NCBI GenBank assembly: GCA_964188305.1
Contig: OZ076887.1
Length of the DNA: 64,000 nt
Direction: 5' to 3' (one strand)
Origin: Podarcis bocagei
Lineage: Eukaryota
Shown: piece by piece, positions 1-13,713 of the stretch
How positions within the stretch are numbered: the stretch's first letter is position 1
How the letters are laid out: the number at the start of each line of letters is the position of its first letter
Position numbers and translations under genes: made by a program
Notes under the pieces: model-generated
What the model was told of the DNA's origin: nothing
What the model saw: only the letters and a program-made list of their open reading frames with translations
Database searches by the model: none

Positions 1-400
1 ACTTGTTCCCAGCTCATGCATGAGGTATTGGGGTTCCTCAACTGGGGGGGGGGGCAGGAGCAGTTTAAGAGAGCCCCCATGCCAGCTCTGCTAAACTGTT
101 TTCTAAGGAGTGTGGGCTACCCATGCCTCAGCAGAGCAGTTTAAAGAAGCCAAGAAATGAACAAGTTGTATCAGCTGTTGATGCAGCTTGCTCCTCCCTC
201 TGCAGTATGTGGGGTAGAGCGTGATGGTGGTATATCGCAGGTGAAACCACCGCCACTCACAAGTCCCTCTGCTACCAGCTGCCCAGGCAGCAGAGGGACT
301 CAGGAGCAGTGGCAGTTTCACCTGCGATATACTGTCAGATAAAGCTGCCATCGTGCTCTGCCCCTCATACCAGTCCTGGGTGATATGTCACCCAGGCCTA
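1..400 (-). mobile_element. GC-rich putative hAT-type element, one end (continues off the window)
   Basis: Reverse complement begins taggcctgggtgacatatcacccaggac and aligns with 1169 onward; internal inverted repeat tatcgcaggtgaaac / gtttcacctgcgata. Confidence 0.6.
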
Positions 401-1168
401 GTCTCCTATCAGTGTGCATGTTTCAGCTGTGCAAAGGAGCCATTTTCAGATGAGTTGAACCTCTAAAATAATCCAAAGAAATAACATCCAAACAATTGTT
501 CAAGGAACTTTAGTGTTTGTGTAATTTCTGAATAAATCTTTTGGGACATGGTCAATCACCAGACAGCTTCTCTACGTTGGTTTTTTCTTAATTTTAAAAG
601 TAATATTTCTAACATTCCTTGTTGCATTTTATAATGCTTCCATTAAACAGTTTGTAGATTATTAATTAAAGACCTGCTCACATATGCTATCATTTGGTTT
701 TAAAAATCACTTGTCTTATCAAAACTTGATCATACTAACATATTTTGCATGCATGCCTGTCTTGTCTGAAGGTTAATCCACACTTTGCCTTTATTATTTA
801 TAGAATTTGTATGCCACCCTATAACCGGAGGCCTCAGGGCGGTTCACAGAACAAGATCAACATAACACAATATATATACACAATCAAAATAAAACAACAA
901 CCCAGTAACCCACCCCCCCCCATTATTTTGTTCAGTTTGTAGTGTTCATACATAATTTTTGTGCTGATGTTACGATTGCCGGAAGCTCTCTTGATGGTCT
1001 TGTGGTATGAATAAGGGAGAAAGGGGTGTACTGCTTCTGCTGCCTCAGCTTGTTTTGACAGCTGGATGAGGGCAGCAGGCCCATGGGCTCCAGTGGCAAA
1101 GAAATGCTTCCTATGTGCACATGATTCTGCATGCGTTTTAAAGGGGGCTGAAACAAGCAAGTGCCAGA

Positions 1169-1884
1169 CAGGCCTGGGCAATGCATCACCCAGGACCGGT
1201 ATGAAGGCCAGACAGCAATGACTATTCACTCAGCGATCTATCGCAGGTGAAACAGCAGCTGCTCCTGAGTCCCCCTGCCTCCAGAGAGACTCAGGAGCGA
1301 CTGCTGTTTCACCTGCAATATACCGCTGGGTGAAACAGCCCTCTTGCTCTCATACCACCAGCAGACGGCTTCTTTAAACTGCTCCACTCAGTTGAGCAAT
1401 TTAACAAAGCCCCACAGGGGCTTGAATAGCTGAGAAGCAGGCAATTGAAGGCAGCCTGCTTCTCAGCTGATCAACCCCCCCCCCCACACCTCTCACAGGC
1501 AGCTGCCAAGGCAGAGGAAGAGGATTGAAGCCACACAGATAGCGCATTCCTGTGGTGGCCTCATCCACTGCTGCCTTCGCATGGGACAGATAGGTAGCCC
1601 ACCTGTGCGAAAGCAGAGGGAGCCCTGAGAATGGGGCCTGACAGGCACCGCTGTCCAGCTGCCTTTGCCCAGGAGGGTGGGCTGCATCTTTTCTCCTAGA
1701 CCTGGGAGCCCATCCCTCTAGCTGCATCGGCTCTGGCCCCGGGATGAAACCACCTGGGCAGCAGTGGTGACAGTTTCACTCCGGTGCCTGGCAGGGCTGG
1801 GGCCAATGCAGCTTATTCCACCCTTTCAACATCGCAGTGTATCACCAGATTGCAGTGTTGAAAACCTAACATTGCCTAGCCCTA
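1169..1884 (+). mobile_element. GC-rich putative hAT-type element (same family as 1-400)
   Basis: Ends caggcctgggcaatg and cattgcctagcccta are imperfect TIRs; same internal hairpin motif; no clear TSD. Confidence 0.6.
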
Positions 1885-2168
1885 GACTTCAGCTTTAATT
1901 CTTGTCATGCATTTCTTCTTCCCTACATTATGTTTATGTGAAGGTTGTGGCATCATTCAAGTATTCAGAGTATTTATATGAAGCCATTCTGTCTTGGGAA
2001 CACAAAGCAGATTACAAATAAAAGCACAACTACAATTAAACAGTGTAATATTATAGATTACTGCTGTCTCATGAAGCTCCTAAGGGCAACCCTTCTTTTC
2101 ATGGAGAGGATGCATCTTCATCAATAGTAAGGCTAAGGTTAAACGCCTGAAAAAACACAATTCATTAC

Positions 2169-2219
2169 CTGAATCTCTAAAGTCATCTCGGCAATCTGAT
2201 TCTGTTGATTGTCTATGAC
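2169..2219 (-). CDS. CEP85L: CEP85L coding exon (51 nt) VIDNQQNQIAEMTLEIQ
   Basis: Acceptor cctaacag|GTC, donor CAG|gtaatg; 17 codons, similar to recalled human IIDSQQDEIDRMILEIQ. Downstream exons lie outside the window. Confidence 0.9.
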
Positions 2220-2826
2220 CTGTTAGGAGAAGAACACACAAAAATGCTCTTTGTATCTCTGATGTATCTGTCAAATTTTTGTGAGGTCAAGGTATCTAAT
2301 TTGTTGTAAGCTTGGGAATGGACGCATAGGACACACAGTGCTATAAAAAACACAACAACTTAGGATGCTGCAAGATCAGGAATGAAATTAGTAACAAGAA
2401 AAGCCTTATGATGCTGTGGGGGCAGCTATGGGGTAGGGGAAAACATGCTCAGAAATGTGAGACAGAGGGTGTCTTGGTCTGCACTGCCTAAGTGCACAAC
2501 CGCTTAGTGGGGGCAAGTAGTCAATCAGCAACTGCAGAATTACATGTGCCTGACCTCAACTGCAACCTCCCACCCCCTGGGTGTGGAGAATACTGAGCTA
2601 GATGGGCCAATGGTCTGACTCTGTACATTACTATTTCTGGGGGTATTTTATCCTCCCATCTTTACTGCCGCCCAGTGGCACCTGCCAGTGCTTCACTGGC
2701 TGCTGTTGGAAACATATATTGGGGCAGGGAGACACAACAACAGATTGACAATATAGTAACAGCAAACGTCAATAGCAAAAAGAGCTCTTCAGACACAGGT
2801 AGATCATCCCAGTTTAATGAATGTAC

Positions 2827-2944
2827 CTTGCTAGCTTTTTCATTTTTCTCTTTGAGGCTTTCGTTTTCACTCTGAAGCTGTTTTGTGTCCAACATAGGAA
2901 GGCGGACACCATCTTCCAGGCATTTTTCTACCTTCTGTTGCAGG
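2827..2944 (-). CDS. CEP85L: CEP85L coding exon (118 nt) (S)[39 protein letters not shown]
   Basis: Acceptor ctacag|C, donor AAG|gtacat; phase 2 to 0. Confidence 0.95.
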
Positions 2945-5014
2945 CTGTAGTTTGGATTTGAAAAGGCAAAAAAGTAAGCTCTGCAAAAGTGAAAGATTCC
3001 GTACACAGATTCATTCTTGGAGATGTTTTATGGTTAATGCATGCTATTGGAGTGGGTTTGCACATTTATGTTGACAGGTTCATTTTAAGAAATGATCCTG
3101 TAGACAGCCAATTCTGAGAGTGCCATCAGAACCTACAGCCCTTTATAGCAGGGATGGTACCCTCCAGATGCTGTTGCGACTGCAACGTCTAGCATTCCTG
3201 ACTACTTACCATGCTGGCTGAGGCTGATGGGAATTGGAGTCCGAAACCTTTTAGAGGGCACCATGTTGGCCGCCTCCGTGTTACAAGAGATTAACTAGAA
3301 TTGCAGCATGACTTGGTGGATATCTGAAATCAGGCTTCCAGATGACTAGCTGCCTGGGGTCAGCAGAAATTTCCCCAATCTCTGGTTACGCAGAGTCCTG
3401 GGTAACCTACCCCTGTCAACAACACTCAAATGCCCCAGCACAGGGAAGAATCGCACTTCTGCTTCCCTCCGCCTCATCTTTCAAAAATGAAAACACGAAT
3501 GATGACAATGACAATTGTTGTTTAAATTTAGAAACAAGACTCTGCTTCAAATATTTATAGACTTTCAGGAGACTGCAAAGCCACCCTGGTGGATTACACA
3601 CTCACAAATGCAATAGGTACCAGATGTAAGATGGAAACAATGCACCCAGTGATCTGGCTAACTGTCCCAAATACCTAACCTTTCATCATTTGAACAAAGC
3701 TTTTGTGGCATGCACTTTTAAGCAACGCAGGGTCACGAACTGAAATGTCACATGTTTCAGACTACTGGAAATTAAATTCTAAAATGGCTTCCATTACCTT
3801 TATTGCATAATTTCTAATGAGTGCTCCTTTAGCTTTTGCTTTTTAAAAGCCTTTTATAAAACAATAGATTCTAAATAAAACAATTCTAAATAAAGTAGTC
3901 TGTGCTGTAGTGACATTCTCTCATTTTAACATCCATCTCAATTGGTATCCTGCTTTCTGTTTCTTTGTAACTACAAATCCATTGTGGAACAGTTGCAGCT
4001 ATTAAGGCAGATCAGAGACAGTAACGTATCCAAAGCCATTCAACGAGTTAACAACTAAGTAAGAATTTTATCCCCAAGGCAAAACTAACTTATAGTAACC
4101 AGACTGCACTCTTTCTATCCGTCAACCAGAATAGAATGTTCATTCCTTTGATTTCGCATTCACCAACCAAGTGGTCAGTGGGTTAATGCATGTCATGCTG
4201 TCTCTGCCCTACTGATGCTAACTGGGGAAACATATGGCACAAATGACACCTGAATGCTCCTCTGGAACTTGTTATGGTAAGTAGGAATGTTTCCATTGTA
4301 CCATTAACTTTAGGCAGATGCCCTGCAACTTTCTAGCCAGAATATGTCAGCTGTAGGGACTGTTCATTCGGGAAACTGCAAATGTGGTTGCTTGGTGTGA
4401 TTCCCCTTAACCAGGAAACAGTAAGGGATGTCTGTGTGCTCCTAAGCTACTGTGCAGACAAGTCCCCCTTATTTCCTCTTGTTTGTAGTTCAAACAGCAA
4501 AACTAGACTTTGAATTTACACGACAGCTTTGACATGCCTAAAATTAAGATATAGATGGCAGGAATAGTACCTGAAGTATTTCTAATACCTTCAACAAGAT
4601 TTCTACAACCAGATGGCATCTTTCTATGAGATTGATTTGGTCCACAAGTTAACAGTTCAAGGTCCCTACTCTAGACAAGTACATGATTAGTTAGAAGACC
4701 TGAATCCTCAGCAACCAGGCAGGCTTTCTGTTACATCCTTCTCAGCTCAACCTCATATTTCTCATTTTCAACCCTCTTTCCCTAAAAGCAGCAATTCAAC
4801 AATGCCCACGTATTAAAAATGATATTGCTGTAGTCTGACACATCTCAATTGTGCTTTGCAACATACTGCATCATTGCCTTCTGTGTAGTGCAGTCTGGCG
4901 TTTGACATTACAACAGAGTTCACGTGAATCTCTTCACCAAAACTAAACTGACGCAGAAGGGAATAGAAAGATCCTAGAGAGTCATAAACAACAGATCAAG
5001 TTAATTATTCATAC

Positions 5015-5169
5015 CTCTGCACTGCTGTTACCAATTCTTTTTCTTTCTTCTTTTGACAAACTAGCTGCAATTCTTGTTCTTTACACTGTGTTTTGGACTC
5101 TTCTAGAGCCTTTTCGAGCTCAGCCAAAGTAGCTTTCAGCTGCTTGTTCTTTTCTTCAAGAACTTGAAG
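5015..5169 (-). CDS. CEP85L: CEP85L coding exon (155 nt) [51 protein letters not shown](S)
   Basis: Acceptor ctctctag|CTT, donor AG|gtatga; phase 0 to 2. Confidence 0.95.
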
Positions 5170-6800
5170 CTAGAGAGAAGCCAAAATATATTTTTATATA
5201 GAAGCAAATATATTTTTATATAGAAGCATGTTTACTGTAGATCAAATAACCAACAAAGTGGTGGTGTTGTTGTTAATTTATTCATACAATGCTTTCGAAC
5301 ACAGTAATACAATACTGGGTTAATAGAACAGAATATAACTGAACTTCCTGATGTGTATAACAAGACACTGAATTGTCAGGTGCTTTGTAACCATATGTTG
5401 CTCTTCAGTGGCAAGTATTATAATAGGCAATGGGGTGCATTTTGTTTCTATGTGGATGGATATTCCACTGATGTATGATTCGAAGTACAGTAGATGCTTG
5501 GACACCTTTATCAGAGTATTTTTCATCCAGACCCACTGATGATTGGAGGATTTAATTTTTTAAAATCATATGCATAAGCCCTGATATAAACAAGACTTAA
5601 ATACTACATAATCTGAATCCAGCTTTACAATATTTTATTGGCAACTCAAAAGTGTTGTTTGCCCATATCAGGTTGCTTAGTTGTATTTCCTCCTACCTTT
5701 CATTTGTCTGTATTTTTTTGTTATTTTAAAATGATCCGTGTACTATGATACATTGAGTTATATTTGCAGTTCTTTTGATGTGTCTGACTTTTTTATTGCG
5801 TCTCAGTGCTAAATGATCATGAACTATTTCTTTTCCTATTTCTTGTCATATGGTATTCTTTAACATGCTTCAAGAATCATATTGTTTGCAAATTGGAGAT
5901 TTCACAAAGGGTAGGGTGGGGGGAGAGACTGAGGCAAGCAATGTTTCCAGGACCTCTGAAGGTCATGGATCAATCACACTTTACCATTCTCAAGAGGTTT
6001 GCTTCGAGAAGCAGAAACAAACAAAAAGGGAGTCAAAGCTTCAACATGATGTTAGAAATGGAACAGTTTAAAATTTATTAGAAAATGGAACATTGTCAAT
6101 GTGTTTCGGAATATACAGTAACTTTATTCAGGAGCAAAACCATTCAAAATTGTATTCCACATATTGTAGTCATTTGTTCAAAAGAGGTTTCATCAAAATA
6201 GGAGGGAATAGATCAAAATGCAGCAGGCACACTGAACTTTCAATAAATGGTTCCACTTTAAGTATGTTTCTGAAGCTTCATCTCCCTTTTTTTTGTTTCC
6301 AGGGTGTTCCTTTTTTGGGCTCTCGTTTTATAAAACATCTGCAATCATGGGTCAAACCATCAGTCTCCTTGCATTATTAATTACATTGCATTTTGATTTT
6401 TTTTAAATTATGCATAACAAAGGCCCTCACTTCTGCTGACTTTTCTTAGATATGTGTCTGATGATGATGATGATTATAAAAAAATCTTAATGTAAACATT
6501 GCAGCAATGTATTACTATGCCAGTCAAGAACAAAAGAAACCAGATACTGTTTGTTCCCTTAACAGAAAAGGAACAGAATATAGATGAAGAGCAACAAATT
6601 TAACCTTCGAATTCTGGCAACTGCAAATTTCTTATTAAATCATTGAGCACAATTCACTAGAACATTATTAGATCTGTGTACGAGCTTTGGGGCAGCACTC
6701 AATCACTTCTACAGGGCTTATGCAGAGATGTTACAGGCGGTCATGACCTTTTAATGTTTACCCAAGGACATTGTGAGCAAGTATTATGTTCTGCAATTCA

Positions 6801-6995
<195 letters not shown>

Positions 6996-8845
6996 CTAGA
7001 AAGAGAGTAATATTGCATATCATTCTTTGAGGTCGGAATCAAATATGCACAAGGTAATTTGAAAGATTTCTTTGATACTTAAAACTCAGCAGATTCTGAA
7101 AGTTATTTTCTCAGCAGGGAGTAGAACTGTTTTTATTGAAAAGATAAATGGATTGTTATAGGTCATTTATCTTTTTAAAAGCTAAGAGCTCTTGCTGACT
7201 ATTTCCATAGCTAAACATTTCTTTACTGTTTAAAAGTAGTTAGATGTGTGTTTATCTAAAGATGCTTTTCCTTTATTTAAACCAGCAGTTCGGAAACCAC
7301 AAAACATATATATAAACACAAGTGATTGGTTTGCTTTTTTCTTTCTTCCAAAATAGAGCAATTAAAAATTGCTTCTGTGATTGTATGGATTTGAGCTTTA
7401 GACCCGTGGGCAGTTTCACACATAATCCCTACCAGTATCTTGTACATACAGCAGTCAACCACATTTTTTGTGCCCACCCCCCATATGTGGAAATGTGAGC
7501 AAGAGCCTCTGTGAGAAAATGTCTACAGCATAAGGAAGACCTGCTCATGTTAATCATTTACTACTCCAAAAGTCTTGTAGACTTTTGGTTACTAGTCACT
7601 ATGAGAGTTTGAAACTTGCTTCCATATTCTGTAGCTTGTATCATATTATATAAGCAAGGCCACATGTGAAATATCCATGCTAGGCATGGCCTTTGAATGC
7701 ATACACAAATACCTTTCCAGGAGTGGGGTTCAGCCAGGAATAGAAGTGAGAGGATAAATAAGGAGGAACTAAGGAATTATAATGGCCACTAATGAGGCTC
7801 ACAAATAACTTCTCCAAAATATGTTCTATGGGCCTATTTCTTGGATGTATGACTGCCATAGATATAAGAAAAGTTTCATATCTATACTCCTAATCCAAAC
7901 AGCACATGATCCAAAACTAACATTCATCAGATTTCATAATAACTGTTTTTTTAAGTTACACTTCATAAAGCCCTCTTTAAGTCTTTAAAAATCATGTCTT
8001 CATTATACCTGATAATCAGCACCAGCAGATGTACATGTGCTTTTATAATGTATTGGTTAACAAGGATTATGTTTAATGAATAGTGTGTAGAGTATCTTTT
8101 TTCATACTTTAAAATGCAATATATATTTTGCGCCTAGTATTTGTTACACACAAGCATCCTTCATACTTAATATCAGCAGTGATTCAAACTGGTGAATGTG
8201 CAAAACAGCTTATTAGATGACACCTGGAGGGCATGGGGAGTTAAGAAAAGCCAGGAACAGGAAAACAAAGTAGGGTTTTGGGGGAGGGACTGTACCTTAC
8301 ATAACTCCTTTTCTTCTTCCACAGCTTGGGAGAACAACATTAGCAATTATTTGCTTCATTTTCATAATGTGCAGAACTGAACTAGTCTTGGTTCCAAAGG
8401 CTGTTGCATTAGCCGCCATTTTGGCTATTTTAGTAGTAGTGTGGTCATGAAAGATGCTCCAATAGATAAGGTGAAATGTACTACAATTGGCACTGCTCTA
8501 AAATCTCTCAAATTATACTGTTCCTCAGTCTCTATGTTTGCTGTGCTCTAACGATTAAAAAACTAAGAGCAATTGTAACACTGGAGGGATTAAGGTGCAA
8601 GTAAATTAAATACACATTCACCCTGTCCCATCCTCCAAGATAATGCAGTGCCGCTCCAGTAAAAAAAGAGTTTCCCCTCCAGAGGAATAAAGCTGTATAA
8701 AATGGTAGTATCAGCCCTGTGAGTCATATATGGGGGGAAAGATGCTACGGATCATTCTGAAGCCTTAAGTACAGCCAACTTGTCTGAGAAATATATGTTC
8801 TTGTCTCAGCAATAAAACCATTTGGGAAGTCAATGCAAGACCCAC

Positions 8846-9025
8846 CTTTTCTTCCATCTTCTTTTTATCTTCATTGGCTTTGTTTGCCATTTGTTTGAGA
8901 AACTCACTGAGTTGTAGCTCCTTACTCTGCACTGCTGCAAGCTTTCGTTCCAGCTCGTCCCTTTCACAGTGGGCCACAGATCTCTCTGCAAATTGAGCCT
9001 GCATCACTGTGCTCTCATACTGAGG
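8846..9025 (-). CDS. CEP85L: CEP85L coding exon (180 nt) PQYESTVMQAQF...EDKKKMEEK
   Basis: Acceptor ttcaaagcag|CCT, donor AAG|gtgggt; 60 codons, phase 0 to 0; coiled-coil-like sequence. Confidence 0.93.
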
Positions 9026-10017
9026 CTGCTTTGAAGAAGGAAAGGAGGGAAAGGGAAGATGCTGTTCTAAACCTTTCACCTGGATCAGAGTGGCCAGCTC
9101 AGCAAGAGTACAACATATTGAATGCTATATTGTTTTAAGTAATGAACATACAGAACATACAGAAGTGGACAACAAAGAACCTATTGTTTGTAATTTTGAG
9201 CTATAGCACACATCCAGTTTCCAACTGATATCCCAGCATATTATTTGTATTTTGTGGTATTTTATGTTTTGTTGTACTTGCATATTTTGTTGTATAGTGC
9301 ACTGATATAGACCCCGTCCCCTACATAAAATAAGTAGTTTTATAAATAAAAAAAATGCATCTGAGCATGAAACAAAAACGAGTTTGGCAGTTCATTTTTA
9401 TGTACATGTACAACGAACCATGTCAGGTCAACTCCCTCCCACCTTTAGTCCTCCCCTCCAAACACAGTGGAAGAAGTTTCACAAAACTTAACCTCATGGG
9501 GGGGTGGAATTGTCATAGTCGCTTTCTCAAACCATATATCTGCTCTCAACATTAGGCCTGAGCACTAGTCTACAAAATCTAGACAAAAAGGTTATCCAAT
9601 GGCAAAATTGTCCCTCAAGAATAAAACCTCTAACCTACATTCTGAAATAGTACAGCTGCTCAGATTCTTTCATGATGCAACTCAAATAATTATTTCATTA
9701 ATATGTATCTCTTCACTTTTGTATCTGAGGCATTTTAAATTCCAAGCTTATAAAATGTAATGAGATACTAGTTTTGAAATGCAAGGGAGTAGTAACAACA
9801 CATGCACTGAATTGATTTAAAACTATTATCAATATTTAAGACTGCTCCAATACGGTTATGTATTTAACCATAATTTGATTTGTCTGGAAGGCAAAACTTT
9901 TTTTTGCACTTCTCCAAATGTAATACAAGTTACTATGAGATGAGTCTGGGCTTGCCTTTCATAATAACAGATGTGTGCAGACTATCCTCATGATTCTAAA
10001 ATAATAATAATTCGTAC

Positions 10018-10135
10018 CTGGAAACTACTCATGTAAGGGTCTTCACAATTCACAATATGCCCGAGCCTTGCTTGCTGAGCTCGGAGTTCATTCTCCCTTA
10101 TTTTCTGATATAAAAGGTTAATTTGCTGGTTCTGC
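10018..10135 (-). CDS. CEP85L: CEP85L coding exon (118 nt) (R)[39 protein letters not shown]
   Basis: Acceptor tacag|G, donor CAG|gtacga; phase 2 to 0, compatible with the preceding exon. Confidence 0.95.
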
Positions 10136-12803
10136 CTGTAATTCATAAGAGAAAGAACAGAAAAAAGAAAGAACACATGAAACTTGAATGATGCTTCCCA
10201 GTATTTCCATTTTCACCCTCTTGTCGATTCATCTCAAAGTTCTTCCACAACTTCGTATTAACTATGGAAGTGAAACTGCCATGACCAGATCAACATTCTG
10301 GTATGGGTACATTAGCTCTAGTGTGGATATAGAAGATTCCTGCCTGTGGGGACATCCTGATTCCCTTCAGTGCATTTGGCAGCTCTTTGTGAACTGAAGC
10401 AGATCACTTGCTGCTCCTCCTAAGGTGAATGGAGGCCTGGTATGCCTTCACAGTGCTATCAGAACTCTAAATTGAAGACTTGGGACTGTGTGTCACTTTT
10501 GTTAAAATATGATGAGCTGTATACAATCGGTGTCCATATGCCAACAGAAAGCTGTTTGATTCAGTGACGGCTTCAACCATCCCCTGTAATATGCAGTGGC
10601 TCAATATACCTGACTGTTCCATTTTCTTATAGGTGAATTCAATGCAATATTTGCATAACCAACTGTTACTTGCACATATTAACATAACTATACTAAAAGT
10701 TGCTTTCAAAAAAAAATAGAACAAAAATGTTCCATTTATTTCTTATGCAATTATATTTCACGGTATTAATTCTCACAGTAAATCTAACATGAGCTTTAAA
10801 AAGTTGTCAAAGTATTCAGAAAGGATGCCAAAATGAACTGCAAAAACATTCCCTACCATACATATAATCCTATAAATCTCTGGAGTTATCTGACAATAAA
10901 AGGCCTTGTGCCACGTGCATTTCATTGCTGATAATGTTGTATGGTTGCTTTAATCCTTTGTTACTCCAACAGCTGTTGCTATTAATCCACTGTATAAACA
11001 CACAATGATAGGGCTTTGCTTTTAAAAAAAGATAGCATGGTGATCTCACAAGCCTAGTCAGAGTGCAGCAATGGAAACTATATACTCAGCTGTCTGCCAG
11101 TCTGCAGGTAATTCTAACATTTTCCAATACATTCCAGATAGTAAGACCTCAAGTCTCTGCTATGTAGTGATCTGAGTCTACATACAAGAGTGGAATCCTT
11201 ATTCTGCAACATTCAAAACAATAATTTCTCTCTCTCCAACATTTGCAGTATTTCCTCTCTCTTTTTGTCTTACATTCTTCCAATTATCAGCTTCTATTCT
11301 TCCATCCTAATGGTACCTCCAGTTTTCCACCTCTTCATTTGATCATTCTTCCATTTAACCCTCCATACCCCTTATAGAGTAGAAACTACTTCTTACACAA
11401 ACCATCTTTTTGAATTATATGCGATATTGAACTCATATGCTCCATAGATGGGAAGTCTTCTCTAAATATTTGGTAACAACATGCTTGGTTGGGTATCACT
11501 GGTCTGAATGTTTACTGGGTCATTTGATTCTCTTTCCTTTCTTCAGATGTGTGTAAGGTGGCAACAACCAATCTCTGTAACTATTAAACTACAAACAGTT
11601 AGCTTTTGTGGCCCATAATATAGTATCATCACCAAAAGTTATACTTGACTCCTGCCAATTGTATTACACTTTGAGTAATATTTGTATCTGACAAAGTTGC
11701 AGACTTAATGAAACCAATGAGCCTTAAGACCATGTATTTCAGTGGATCTGTTCTGAGTGTGACTTAGATGCAGTCCTTTGCATCCAAATGCAAAGTATAA
11801 TCCAAAGGATTATACTTTTAAGTCAAGAAATATTTTTATAGTGTAAATAACAAGCCAACCTGAGAGGAAGAATTGCCCTTTTAGAAAATTAGTAATGATA
11901 GATAAATATATAGTTCTGTATTGAATCCATGTTTAATATTGTACTCTATATTGAATTTTTAAAATTGTAAGCTGTTTCAAGACTTTTCTGAACTTTTACT
12001 GAACGAGTGAGCTGACAATATGTATTGTCATTGTGGTGTGTATTCTGTCCTCTTAAAAAACTATCTTACAAAGCCGTCACTCAGAAAAGATCCCCATTTT
12101 TTAATTTGCTTTAGATATGCTTTAGATAACACTGTTCAAATGTTAGTGTAAGAACTAACATTCCCTCCGTATCCATAAACCCAAAAACCAAACAATTAAA
12201 CATATTTTCAGTTCCTGTTTAGCTTCATTACCATTTTTAGACTTTCCAGTTTAGTTTCAGCTCAGACACAAACTTTTTTTAAAAAATGGTTCAGTAAAAG
12301 TTCAACCGTTTTGAATCTAATTTTGAGTCAGTTCAGAAACATTTTATATAGACTTATTAATGTAGAACTTTTACAATTGCAGTGTAACTCCTGAAAAATA
12401 AATGCATGATAAAAGAAAGCATGTTTATACATGCAGTTTGCATGCACTAATGGCACATCTTCAAGAACTCAGCTGGCCATATTTGACAAGCTGTATGATC
12501 AGAATTAATTTTAGCCCCCACAGAGTCTTTCTACATCATCTAGCACAGCAGAAACAGAAAACATAATTTTAGTTCATTTCAGGTATTTCAAGTAGATTGT
12601 CAAAAGTATTTCTTCACATAGCATATAACAATCCTAAATATGGTGACGGCCATGACCTTACATGGCTTTTAAGGATACAGTTGGGACACCACAACAAAAT
12701 GTTGCAGTGCATACCTGCTTTGCATGTGCTACTTGAGCCTGAGATGGCTGAAAAAAACAAACAAAAATAAGCAATGTGTGTTTTATTTCATTTGCAAAAG
12801 GCA

Positions 12804-12838
<35 letters not shown>
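12804..12838. repeat. (TG)n(CG)n microsatellite
   Basis: Seen directly. Confidence 0.95.
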
Positions 12839-12839
<1 letters not shown>

Positions 12840-13627
12840 TATATATATAAAAGATACCTGCTTCTGAACAATTTTGCTACCATCTGACCTGCAATTTAAA
12901 TCAGACTTACTTCTGGGTAGGCATGTACAGAATTAAGTTATACTAGCACAAGGTTCTAACCCTTGTAATGAAACAGTATTTTGTTCACGAGACCCCAAAC
13001 CCCAAAAGTATCCATTTCATTGGTCAGGGAATTAGTTATTAGTTAACCACAGTTCTAATAGTGGCACCAAGCCAAAGATTCAGCAGCTGTTTCAGGATTT
13101 CAAACATCATTATGCCCTGTGGAATGAGATCTCTTCCCTCAAATCCTAAGCTTTGTATTTACCTTCCCTTAAAAGCCCTTTGAGTGTCCCTAAGCTGTTT
13201 AGAAAAGAACGTAGCAATTGTTGATGAGTGTGCTATTATTTTCAGAGAGTTATGTCATACGTTTAGCATTTGGCATTTATTCACACTACCATTCTAGGCA
13301 ATCCTTGCCAAACAGACACTGCCAGCCAGCACGAGCGTTGGAAATGCATAGCATGCAATGGCCAATCAAGGTCAGAACAATCCCAAGTGTTACAAGACAA
13401 TAGTTGTAATGTGTGTATGCTTTCAATAGAGTGAAGCAGCAAATATACTACTTAAAACCATACAAGAATCCATAGCTCCCTCTAGTGTTAAAAATGAAGC
13501 CATGTGATATTCACTATTTTTTAACTAATCAAAAGAAGTCACATACAGCAAAATGAAACAAAACAAGAAATAACCCTTCTCTAGCTTAGGCAGAAGGGAG
13601 TAAAATGCTTACACATTTGTTAAATTC

Positions 13628-13630
13628 TGT

Positions 13631-13713
<83 letters not shown>
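13628..13713. repeat. Compound (TTTTG)n(TTTC)n microsatellite
   Basis: Seen directly. Confidence 0.95.
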
